A stretch of 64,000 nucleotides of DNA from Clostridia bacterium (lineage in GTDB: Bacteria > Bacillota > Clostridia > Christensenellales > Borkfalkiaceae), in NCBI GenBank assembly GCA_017415505.1, contig JAFQGG010000001.1, forward strand, positions 21,193 to 85,192, given 5' to 3'. Below the pieces are notes generated by a model. That model was not told the origin of the DNA. It ran no database searches and worked only from the letters and a program-made list of their open reading frames with translations. The first letter of the stretch is position 1, and every line of letters starts with the position of its first letter. Shown here one piece after another: positions 7,906-15,451 of this stretch. Made by a program: the position numbers and the translations under genes.

Positions 7906-10900
7906 ATGAAAACGGTCACTACGGACGGAAACGGCGCGGCTTGTTATATCTCTTACGCCTTTTGCGAGCTTGCGCTCATTTATCCCATCACCCCCTCTTC
8001 TCCCATGGCGGAGCTTGCCGACGAATGGTCGGCGACGGGCAAAACCAACTTATTTGGGAAAGTGCCCACGGTGAAACAACTGCAATCGGAAGCGGGCGCG
8101 GCGGGCGCATTGCACGGCGCGCTTTCCTGCGGTGCGCTTGCAACCACTTACACTTGCAGTCAAGGTCTTCTCCTCATGCAACCGAATATGTTCAAAATTG
8201 CGGGCGAGCTTTTGCCCACCGTTTTTCACGTGAGCGCGCGTGCGCTTGCCACGCACGCGCTATCCATTTTCGGGGATCATCAAGACGTTATGGCGTGTAG
8301 GCAAACGGGGTTTGCTATGCTGTGCGCTTCCAGCGTACAGGAAGTCGCGGATATGGCGCTCGTCGCACACCTGTCCACCCTTAAATCGCAAATTCCCTTC
8401 CTGCATTTCTTCGACGGTTTCCGCACCTCGCACGAGGTAAACAAAATTTGCTTACCCGAATACGAGGAAATAAAACCGCTCGTAGACGAAGAGGATATTG
8501 CCCGTTTCCGCGCCCGCGCGCTTTCCCCTAACGCACCCGTGCAACGGGGCACGGCGCAAAATCCCGACGTGTATTTTCAAAACCGCGAAACCGCCAACGC
8601 GCGATATTTCGCCCTGCCAAGCACCGTGCAAGAAATCATGGAGAAGGTCGGCGCGTTGACGGGGAGAAAGTACCGCGCCTTCGACTATTTCGGCGCGGAG
8701 GACGCGACGCGCGTACTCGTCGTCATGGGTAGCGCCGCCTCCACCGCCGAGGAAACGGTGGAGGCGTTAAACGCCTCGGGGGAAAAAACGGGTTTGATAA
8801 AGGTACGCCTTTACCGCCCGTTCGACGGTAAGGCGTTTTGCGACGCGCTCCCCGCGTCCTGTGAAAAAATCGCCGTCCTCGACCGCACGAAAGAGGCGGG
8901 CGCGCTCGGCGAACCGCTTTACCTTGATATATGCACCGCGCTTAAAGAAAACGGCAAAGAAAAAATAATTACCGTCGGCGGACGGTACGGTTTGGGGCAA
9001 AAGGAGTTTACCCCCGCCGACTGTCGCGCCGTATTCGAAAACTTACTTCTCGACGAGCCGAAAAACCATTTCACCGTCGGGATCTTGGACGATATAACCA
9101 ATCTATCTCTCCCCGTAACCCCTTTTTCTATTCCCAAAAAAGACGCCCTTTCCTGCATTTTCTACGGTTTGGGTTCGGACGGTACGGTGGGCGCGAACAA
9201 AAACTCCATTCAACTGATCGGTGACGAAACGGAGCTGTTCGTACAGGGATATTTTTGCTACGATTCTCGAAAATCGGGCGGTGTCACCGTTTCGCATTTG
9301 CGAATCAGCAAAACGCCCGTCCGCTCCGCCTATCTCGTGCAAAACGCCCGTTTTATCGCCTGTCACAATCCCTCGTATCTAAACCGTTACGATATGCTTG
9401 AAAAATTGCAAGAAGGAGGCGTGTTCCTGCTCAATACCCCCTACACGAAAATAGACGAACTCAACGCATACCTGCCCCCCTCGTTTATTAAAACGCTCCA
9501 AGAGAAAAAGGCAAAGCTGTTCGTAATCGACGGGACGGGTATTGCCTCGAAAGTAGGGTTAAAGGGCAGAACGGGCACGGTGATGCAAACCGCGTTTTTC
9601 TATTTACACCCCGAAATTATGCCCTATGAAAAAGCCGTCGAACGCTTGAAATCGGCACTTGCCAAGAAGTTTGCGCGCAAGGGTGAACGGGTGGTGGAAA
9701 GCAACCTAAAAGCAATCGACCTCGTAGAGGGCGCGATACGAAAAATCGAAGTTACCGCGCTTCACGGCGAAAGACAAGATTTTGGCGTAACGCTTCCAAA
9801 CGACGATTATTTCCGTAATTTTATTCAACCGATTTTATCCTTGCGAGGGGATAAATTGCCCGTATCCGCCTTTCAGGAAGACGGGAGCGTACCCACCGCA
9901 ACCACGAGGTTGGAAAAGCACGGCGCGCCCCCTTATCTTCCCAAGTGGATTCCCGAAAACTGTATTCAATGCAATCAATGCTCATTCGTATGTCCGCACG
10001 CGTGTATACGCCCGTTTTTGACGGAGAAAGACGAGAAAGTTCCGCCCGCTTTCGCGACGATCCCCGCCGTGGGAATCCCTGAAAAGGGCTTCCGCGTGCA
10101 GGTTTCCCTGCACGACTGTATGGGTTGCGGGGTATGTGCGAACACTTGCCCCGCGAAAGAAAAAGCCCTCGTCATGCGTCCCGTGGACGAATTTGCAAAC
10201 GAGGGGGAAAATTGGGCGTACGCGAGCGCGAAAAAGCAAGCGGGCGGATTGCCGTTCAAACGGGATAGCATCAAGGGCAGTCAATTTTTCAAACCGCTTT
10301 TCGAGTTCTCCTACGCCTGTTCGGGATGCGGAGAAACGCCGTATATCAAGCTACTCACCCAGCTGTTCGGCGAAAAAATGATTATCGCCAACGCGACGGG
10401 TTGTTCCTCGATTTACGGCGGGTCTTGCCCCACCTGCCCGTATACGGTGAACGACGAGGGCAAAGGTCCTGCTTGGGCAAACTCTCTATTTGAGGATAAC
10501 GCCGAGTTTGGGCTTGGTTTTCGGCTCGCCTGCGAGGCGAGGGATACGAAAGATTCGTCCGTTTGGTTGATCGGTGGCGACGGTTGGGCGTACGATATCG
10601 GTTTTGGCGGACTCGACCACGCCTTGGCAAGCGGGGCGAATATCAACGCGCTCGTGCTCGATTCGGAGGTATATTCCAATACGGGCGGGCAATCGTCGAA
10701 AGCGACGCCCCTCGGCGCGGTTGCGCGGTTCGCCACGGCGGGCAAACGCACGAAAAAGAAAAATCTCGCGCTTATGGCAATGACCTACGGCTACGTTTAC
10801 GTCGCGCAGGTTTCCATGGGCGCGGATAAAAATCAACTTATCAAAGCGTTGACGGAAGCGGAAGCGTACGACGGTCCGTCGCTGATTATCGCGTACTCGC

Positions 10901-11199
10901 CGTGTATCGCGCACGGCGTAAACATGGGCGAGAGCATGAACGAGGAAAAACGGGCGGTAGATAGCGGATATTGGAATTTATTCCGTTTCAACCCCGCGTT
11001 GCAAGCGCAAGGCAAGAACCCTTTTATTTTGGATAGCAAAGCCCCTTCACTCGATTTGAAAAGCTTCTTGACGGGCGAAAACCGTTTCGCTTCCCTCTTC
11101 CGTTCCCAACCTAAGTTAGCGGAAGAATTGCTTGCCCAAGCGGAAGAAGAAAACGCTCGGCGGTTTGCGTTTTATCAAAAATTAGCGGGGCAGGTATGA
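7906..11199 (+). CDS. nifJ: pyruvate:ferredoxin (flavodoxin) oxidoreductase, single-polypeptide type
   Basis: Two 4Fe-4S motifs (CIQCNQCSFVCPHAC, CMGCGVCANTCP) and TPP-binding GDGWAYDIGFGGLDH...NTGGQSSKATP. Start set at MKTVTTDG (ATG 7906) with GGAGG 6 nt upstream. Confidence 0.92.
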   Translation: MKTVTTDGNGAACYISYAFCELALIYPITPSSPMAELADEWSATGKTNLFGKVPTVKQLQSEAGAAGALHGALSCGALATTYTCSQGLLLMQPNMFKIAGELLPTVFHVSARALATHALSIFGDHQDVMACRQTGFAMLCASSVQEVADMALVAHLSTLKSQIPFLHFFDGFRTSHEVNKICLPEYEEIKPLVDEEDIARFRARALSPNAPVQRGTAQNPDVYFQNRETANARYFALPSTVQEIMEKVGALTGRKYRAFDYFGAEDATRVLVVMGSAASTAEETVEALNASGEKTGLIKVRLYRPFDGKAFCDALPASCEKIAVLDRTKEAGALGEPLYLDICTALKENGKEKIITVGGRYGLGQKEFTPADCRAVFENLLLDEPKNHFTVGILDDITNLSLPVTPFSIPKKDALSCIFYGLGSDGTVGANKNSIQLIGDETELFVQGYFCYDSRKSGGVTVSHLRISKTPVRSAYLVQNARFIACHNPSYLNRYDMLEKLQEGGVFLLNTPYTKIDELNAYLPPSFIKTLQEKKAKLFVIDGTGIASKVGLKGRTGTVMQTAFFYLHPEIMPYEKAVERLKSALAKKFARKGERVVESNLKAIDLVEGAIRKIEVTALHGERQDFGVTLPNDDYFRNFIQPILSLRGDKLPVSAFQEDGSVPTATTRLEKHGAPPYLPKWIPENCIQCNQCSFVCPHACIRPFLTEKDEKVPPAFATIPAVGIPEKGFRVQVSLHDCMGCGVCANTCPAKEKALVMRPVDEFANEGENWAYASAKKQAGGLPFKRDSIKGSQFFKPLFEFSYACSGCGETPYIKLLTQLFGEKMIIANATGCSSIYGGSCPTCPYTVNDEGKGPAWANSLFEDNAEFGLGFRLACEARDTKDSSVWLIGGDGWAYDIGFGGLDHALASGANINALVLDSEVYSNTGGQSSKATPLGAVARFATAGKRTKKKNLALMAMTYGYVYVAQVSMGADKNQLIKALTEAEAYDGPSLIIAYSPCIAHGVNMGESMNEEKRAVDSGYWNLFRFNPALQAQGKNPFILDSKAPSLDLKSFLTGENRFASLFRSQPKLAEELLAQAEEENARRFAFYQKLAGQV

Positions 11200-11209
11200 G
11201 ATAAAGTGG
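11172..11209 (+). repeat. 38-bp direct repeat, copy 1 (covers the last 9 codons and stop of nifJ)
   Basis: ttatcaaaaattagcggggcaggtatgagataaagtgg; 36/38 identical to 13896..13933. Confidence 0.9.
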
Positions 11210-11229
11210 CTACGGCGTGCCGTAGCCAC
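11206..11229 (+). terminator. GC-rich hairpin terminator after nifJ
   Basis: gtggctacgg-cgtg-ccgtagccac, a perfect 10-bp stem immediately after the nifJ stop. Confidence 0.65.
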
Positions 11230-11236
11230 TTATCCT

Positions 11237-11695
11237 TTACGGCATATCGATTTTATAATTACCGCTTTTGCACGTAGAAAAAAGTCTTACTTTTATCTTT
11301 CGCAATGCAATCAAGATAAAATGTTTTTTTAATACGGCAATAGCGTATTCCGAACAAGTAGGCTTACACATACATCTTCTACGAGTTTCCTCTTTTGCAT
11401 AATGTTGATAACATTCCACCGCTTTTATTGCAATAAAATTAGAACTTATCAACCCTACAACGATATATACGCCTATATATATCAAAAAATTCAATCGTTC
11501 CACCGCAAATAATTTTACAACAAAAAAAGAAAGTAAAAATGATGTTACAATATATCCTAAGATCAAAATAATTATAGTAAATATATTCGTCTTTGGTCGT
11601 TGCATGATCTTTGTTAAAACGTATTCCCGCACAACTTCCTCTTCTTGAACGAACTTTGTAATATCGTTTTTATTAATTTTGCAATCTTCTAACAT
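11237..11695 (-). CDS. YidD-domain (membrane protein insertion efficiency factor-like) protein with an N-terminal extension carrying two TM segments
   Basis: C-terminal YQHYAKEETRRRCMCKPTCSEYAIAVLKKH matches the YidD/PF01809 core (C-x-x-P-[ST]-CS-x-Y). Start set at the first ATG (11695) with an AGAGGTG RBS. Confidence 0.6.
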   Translation of the reverse strand: MLEDCKINKNDITKFVQEEEVVREYVLTKIMQRPKTNIFTIIILILGYIVTSFLLSFFVVKLFAVERLNFLIYIGVYIVVGLISSNFIAIKAVECYQHYAKEETRRRCMCKPTCSEYAIAVLKKHFILIALRKIKVRLFSTCKSGNYKIDMP

Positions 11696-11763
11696 GCCAG
11701 CACCTCTTTTTAACAAAAACCCTTAACGCATACACGCTAAGGGCTTTTTATTCAATTTTTCAA

Positions 11764-12393
11764 TTATTTGACCACTTGAATACAGCCACCTTTCTTAGGC
11801 AACACATAGGTAGAGTCGAATTTTTGGATTTTAGCCGTATATTTTTCAGGAAAAGTTTTATCTAAGCCCATTCCATACCACATTTGCTGACGAGCAACGC
11901 CAGCCTTCCAAGCCTCTACCGAAATTTCTTTTAGCATTACTTCATTTTCGCCAAAATTTTTCTCCACTTCGTCGCCAAACTCGTAAAGCATTACCATACT
12001 TTTTACCCCCGCGCTTCGGATTTCCGAACTATACAAGCCGTTCGTGCCCTTATTCAAGTTATTCAACACGCGGTTTACAAACAAAGGAAGAGGCAAAATG
12101 CTTGCGAGCATAGATTTTAACAACGCAAATTTTTCCTCATTGCTCTCTTCCGAACGCGCCGTTGCTTTTACAGCAGGACAAACGACCTCCGAAAATCTTG
12201 TAAACAAGTTGTAAAGTTCACCTTGTTTTCCGTCCATCATCGTGTAGTACGCGTAGAAGAATTTTGCTTCCGCGCAGTCAGGGTCTTCCATTTTTACCAA
12301 ATCGTAATATTTTTTAGCGTCTTCGGTATTATCTTCTTCTCGCGCCAGTCTCGCCGCCTTCAAATATTTGTTAAATTGTTCATTGTCTTTCAT
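11764..12393 (-). CDS. hypothetical protein (helical, TPR-like N-terminus)
   Basis: 209-aa ORF with RBS AAGGAG 7 nt upstream of ATG 12393 and its own hairpin downstream. No motif recognised. Confidence 0.55.
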   Translation of the reverse strand: MKDNEQFNKYLKAARLAREEDNTEDAKKYYDLVKMEDPDCAEAKFFYAYYTMMDGKQGELYNLFTRFSEVVCPAVKATARSEESNEEKFALLKSMLASILPLPLFVNRVLNNLNKGTNGLYSSEIRSAGVKSMVMLYEFGDEVEKNFGENEVMLKEISVEAWKAGVARQQMWYGMGLDKTFPEKYTAKIQKFDSTYVLPKKGGCIQVVK

Positions 12394-12500
12394 GATAAAT
12401 CTCCTTTTATTTTTTTCTTTTGTTCCCTATAATTAAAAATAAACCTCCTTTTAATATTTTAATACCTTCATTACTTTCGGGAATAAGTAATGAGAATATA

Positions 12501-13550
12501 TTAATCACTAAAATAGTTTTCTCCGTCGCTAAAAGAAACGCTCGTAATTTTATAAGTTATTACAAAGTCAGAAAACTTCAAATTGTATAAGGTTGTGAAA
12601 AATTCATTCTTTTCGGGTTGATTTTCTGATATATAAATCTCATATGTTTGCACCCCACCAGATAAAAGATTCATCGACGAAGAATAATATCCGCCAAAAC
12701 TCGTCTTTATATTACCAAGCACTTTCCCACCGACATCCGAAAAGTATACAGTTACTTCCATATAATCAACATCTACGCCCGTACCGTTTTCCAATTGAAA
12801 ATCGTAATAAATATAATAACAACCGTTTATATACGGCGACTCGTTTGGGTTGTATTTCTTTTCCTCTCCTATGATAGAAACGGAAATTTTAGAAACCGCG
12901 TATTTATTCTTTTTAACTTCCTTACCAATGAAAATTGCCAATACGATACCAACGATAATCGCAATCACTACGGATAATTTAACCGTTTTCCATATTCTTT
13001 TTCTCGTTTTTATATTTTGCGCCTTTCGTAAACATTCCGCTCGATACCAAGTCGCTTGCTCAAAAGAGCCGAGCTTTTCAAATACATTTGTCAAGTTCTT
13101 ATAATCGGCTTCCGTCGTTGCGTATTGATAGCGAATACACGCCTCCGTATACGCCTTTTCCTTTTTCGCGTATTCACGCCTCTTTTTTATTTCTTCGTTA
13201 TAAGAAACGATTACCGCTTTCGTCTCCTCGTCCGCAAACCTTAAAAATAACTGGTAATTTTCATTTTCTTCAAACGGATTATTCAAGTTTATAAGTTCTT
13301 TCGTTTTATACACTCGCAAATCAATCATCAACCGATATAAATACACAAACGAGTCCCTAGGATTCCTCCTAAAAATTTCGTCGCAATATACGCCTGCAAT
13401 ATCCCACAACTCTACTTCTAACGCAGTTTCTATTCTATCGTATAATTCCCCGAAAGAAATTTTTTCAAGGTCTTGCGTTGTAAACAAGGATGCGTACGCT
13501 TCTTTCAAGTTTGGCGATTCTTCGCAGATTACTTTTGTTGTTTTTCTCAT
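12501..13550 (-). CDS. hypothetical single-pass membrane protein (helical cytoplasmic N-domain, TM, beta-rich extracellular C-domain)
   Basis: TM segment LSVVIAIIVGIVLAIFIG sits mid-protein. The start is uncertain: first ATG at 13550, ORF-track TTG at 13565, no strong RBS. Confidence 0.5.
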   Translation of the reverse strand: MRKTTKVICEESPNLKEAYASLFTTQDLEKISFGELYDRIETALEVELWDIAGVYCDEIFRRNPRDSFVYLYRLMIDLRVYKTKELINLNNPFEENENYQLFLRFADEETKAVIVSYNEEIKKRREYAKKEKAYTEACIRYQYATTEADYKNLTNVFEKLGSFEQATWYRAECLRKAQNIKTRKRIWKTVKLSVVIAIIVGIVLAIFIGKEVKKNKYAVSKISVSIIGEEKKYNPNESPYINGCYYIYYDFQLENGTGVDVDYMEVTVYFSDVGGKVLGNIKTSFGGYYSSSMNLLSGGVQTYEIYISENQPEKNEFFTTLYNLKFSDFVITYKITSVSFSDGENYFSD

Positions 13551-13581
13551 AAGCACTAATTCCAAACAATCATTTGTAAAA

Positions 13582-13623
13582 TGTTACAGATTGTTACATT
13601 TTATATTGTAACATTATGTTACA
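13582..13623. promoter_or_regulatory. array of four TGTTACA/TGTAACA heptamers in the divergent promoter region of the XRE gene
   Basis: TGTTACA at 13582 and 13592, TGTAACA at 13607, TGTTACA at 13617. The last two form the palindrome TGTAACA-tta-TGTTACA. Confidence 0.5.
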
Positions 13624-13675
13624 ATTATGTCAAGAGTTTTAACGGCGATTTGCAAATTTTTTTGAGGTGTTTTTT

Positions 13676-13885
13676 ATGAAAATGATAGGATTAAAAATGA
13701 TTCGAAAACAAAAAAATTACAACCAATTAAAGGTTGCAATGGATTTATGTATTAGTAGGGAAGCACTATCTCATTACGAAAACGGAAAAAGAAGCCCCGA
13801 TATTTCCATGTTGGTTTTACTTTCTCAATATTTTAACGTTTCCATCGATTTTCTTATCACGGGAAAAGAATTTCAAAAGAAATAA
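13676..13885 (+). CDS. XRE-family helix-turn-helix transcriptional regulator
   Basis: HTH_3 pattern NYNQLKVAMDLCISREALSHYENGKRSPDISMLVLLSQYFNVSIDFLI. ATG 13676 with GAGGTG 6 nt upstream. Confidence 0.8.
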   Translation: MKMIGLKMIRKQKNYNQLKVAMDLCISREALSHYENGKRSPDISMLVLLSQYFNVSIDFLITGKEFQKK

Positions 13886-13895
13886 GTTTACCTCC

Positions 13896-13933
13896 TTATC
13901 AAAAATCAGCGGGGCAGGTATGAGATAAAGCGG
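13896..13933 (+). repeat. 38-bp direct repeat, copy 2
   Basis: ttatcaaaaatcagcggggcaggtatgagataaagcgg; 36/38 identical to 11172..11209. Confidence 0.9.
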
Positions 13934-13954
13934 ATGCAAGGTTGCATCCGCTTT
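13928..13954. terminator. bidirectional hairpin terminator between the XRE gene and the ZIP transporter gene
   Basis: aaagcggatgcaa-g-gttgcatccgcttt, flanked by A and T runs. Confidence 0.65.
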
Positions 13955-13957
13955 GTT

Positions 13958-14710
13958 TTATCCAAGCAATATATCCATGACGAGCATTAAGCAAAAACCC
14001 GCTAAAAGCGCGTACGTCGCGCCCCGTTGACTGCCGTGCGCGTGCGTTTCGGGAATCATTTCGTCGCTGATTACGTACAGCATCGTACCGCCTGCAAAGG
14101 CAAGCGCGAACGGCAAAATCACGGAAGCGATTTTGACGGCGAAATAGCCGATCAAAGTGCCGACTACTTCCACGAGCCCCGTAACGAGCGCGCTTATGAA
14201 AGTCTTCTTTTTCGATACCCCCGCCGCCAGCATAGGACCGATAATCACCATGCCCTCGGGGATATTTTGCAAGGCGATACCGCCCGCAATCACGAGCGCT
14301 TGCGCCGTGTCGCCCGAACCAAACCCTACGCCCGCGGCGATCCCTTCGGGAAGGTTGTGGATACCGATAGCAAGCACGAACAGCAAAACTTTGTTCAAAT
14401 TCCCGTTCCCGTGTTCTTCCGTTTCCGCACCCATAAGTTTATGCAAATGCGGTACGAGCTTGTCGATAAGATTTAGACAAAGCGCGCCCGCAAAGATTCC
14501 TGCAATCGCGATAAGAAGTCCCCATTTCCCGCCGTAATCGAGGGAAGGAAGAATTAAACCGAGCACCGCCGCCGCAAGCATAACGCCCGCCGCGAACGAT
14601 AACACGATATCGGAAAACTTATGCGTAATATTTTTGAAAATAAACCCAATCAACGCGCCTATGACCGTCGCCCCGCCTACGCCGAGCGCAGTAAGTAAAA
14701 CCATTTCCAT
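13958..14710 (-). CDS. zupT: ZIP-family divalent metal (zinc) transporter
   Basis: ZIP signature blocks HNLPEGIAAGVGF and QNIPEGM; 250-aa polytopic protein. Confidence 0.8.
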   Translation of the reverse strand: MEMVLLTALGVGGATVIGALIGFIFKNITHKFSDIVLSFAAGVMLAAAVLGLILPSLDYGGKWGLLIAIAGIFAGALCLNLIDKLVPHLHKLMGAETEEHGNGNLNKVLLFVLAIGIHNLPEGIAAGVGFGSGDTAQALVIAGGIALQNIPEGMVIIGPMLAAGVSKKKTFISALVTGLVEVVGTLIGYFAVKIASVILPFALAFAGGTMLYVISDEMIPETHAHGSQRGATYALLAGFCLMLVMDILLG

Positions 14711-14732
14711 ATAAATACCCCGTCTTTCTTAT

Positions 14733-14761
14733 ATTGTATCATTTTTGAAAGAAATAGTCAA
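14733..14761 (-). promoter_or_regulatory. promoter of the ZIP transporter gene
   Basis: Minus strand TTGACT (14761-14756), 17-nt spacer, TACAAT (14738-14733), with TG two bases upstream of the -10 (near-extended -10). Confidence 0.6.
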
Positions 14762-14829
14762 CTATTTTCGTCGTCCAATACGAGCAACCCTGCACTCGTT
14801 TGCGATTATCGCAACCACGACATTCCACA

Positions 14830-14908
14830 CCATAATAATTTACAACCTCCGCGCGACCTTCATCCGCACCAACGAAAAAACGCACCCGCAAAGGGGTGCA
14901 TTTCGTTG
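14830..14908. repeat. 79-bp direct repeat copy 1, containing a minus-strand intrinsic terminator (14875..14899)
   Basis: About 94% identical to 17683..17760. Contains GCACCC-loop-GGGTGC followed by a T run on the minus strand. Confidence 0.9.
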
Positions 14909-14940
14909 TGTAAGATAACCAATTTTGATACAATTTCAAA

Positions 14941-15015
14941 ATGGGTTCAAAAATTTTTGCACTATGGGTTCACTTTCTTCGACAATGGGTTCAAACGCCC
15001 TAAAAAATGGGTTCA
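14941..15015 (+). repeat. four direct ATGGGTTCA(A) repeats spaced 23/21/22 bp (iteron-like array)
   Basis: Copies start at 14941, 14964, 14985 and 15007. Inverted copies (TGAACCCAT) lie at 17678..17686 and 17807..17815. Confidence 0.85.
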
Positions 15016-15021
15016 ACAATA

Positions 15022-15447
15022 TTAAAGTTGTAATTTCAACTCTTCAAATAATATCTCGGCTTGTATCAAGTTTATAATATTCTCTTCCTTTTCAACGGAA
15101 TATTTTCCATTATTTCTAATTTCAGCTTTTTTGACCCAAATCAAATCCTCTGGATTAAACACAAATTCTTCCAAATAATGCACCGTTTCCCCTTTCGTTC
15201 TCGACGGACAAATAACAACGTCGCAATCATTCGGCAATTTACCGAAATTGCCCGTCAAAATATCTTTTGTATCGCCACCTGAAATTACACCGACTTTTTT
15301 ATCTTGAAAATCAAAAACGGAAATAAAATCATATTCGTCTACGATTTTTGTTTCTTTTGCCCCACGTTTTAATAAAACATCACGCAAAAATTTCATCGTA
15401 GTCGTTTTTCCGCTGTCGTGTTTACCCCATAACGAAATAATTTTCAT
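15022..15447 (-). CDS. small P-loop NTPase of unknown function
   Basis: Walker A GKHDSGKTTT at the N-terminus. The RBS AAAGGAGAG lies inside the last codons of the upstream LRR gene, so the two are co-transcribed. Confidence 0.65.
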   Translation of the reverse strand: MKIISLWGKHDSGKTTTMKFLRDVLLKRGAKETKIVDEYDFISVFDFQDKKVGVISGGDTKDILTGNFGKLPNDCDVVICPSRTKGETVHYLEEFVFNPEDLIWVKKAEIRNNGKYSVEKEENIINLIQAEILFEELKLQL

Positions 15448-15451
15448 TTGT

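Noticed and set aside
7906-11199. nifJ is about 70-80 aa shorter than the PFORs I remember, suggesting a possible internal deletion or pseudogene
   Set aside because: The frame is uninterrupted and all cofactor motifs are present. The missing stretch corresponds to a variable linker before the GDGW TPP motif, so this is probably natural variation.
14830-14908. The 79-bp repeat as a tRNA 3' fragment (it contains ...CATCCGCACCA), i.e. a classical tRNA att site
   Set aside because: No T-loop consensus (GTTCRANYC) and no foldable T-arm or acceptor stem on either strand. The CCA-like end appears to be fortuitous.
14739-14939. 66-aa minus-strand ORF upstream of the ZIP transporter gene
   Set aside because: It spans the 79-bp repeat, its terminator and the ZIP gene's -35 box. 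It has no RBS, so it is more economically explained as non-coding regulatory and repeat DNA.
14941-15000. 19-codon ORF (MGSKIFALWVHFLRQWVQTP) starting at the first ATGGGTTCA repeat
   Set aside because: The repeats are read in different frames and there is no RBS. The periodic DNA motif, not the peptide, is the conserved feature.
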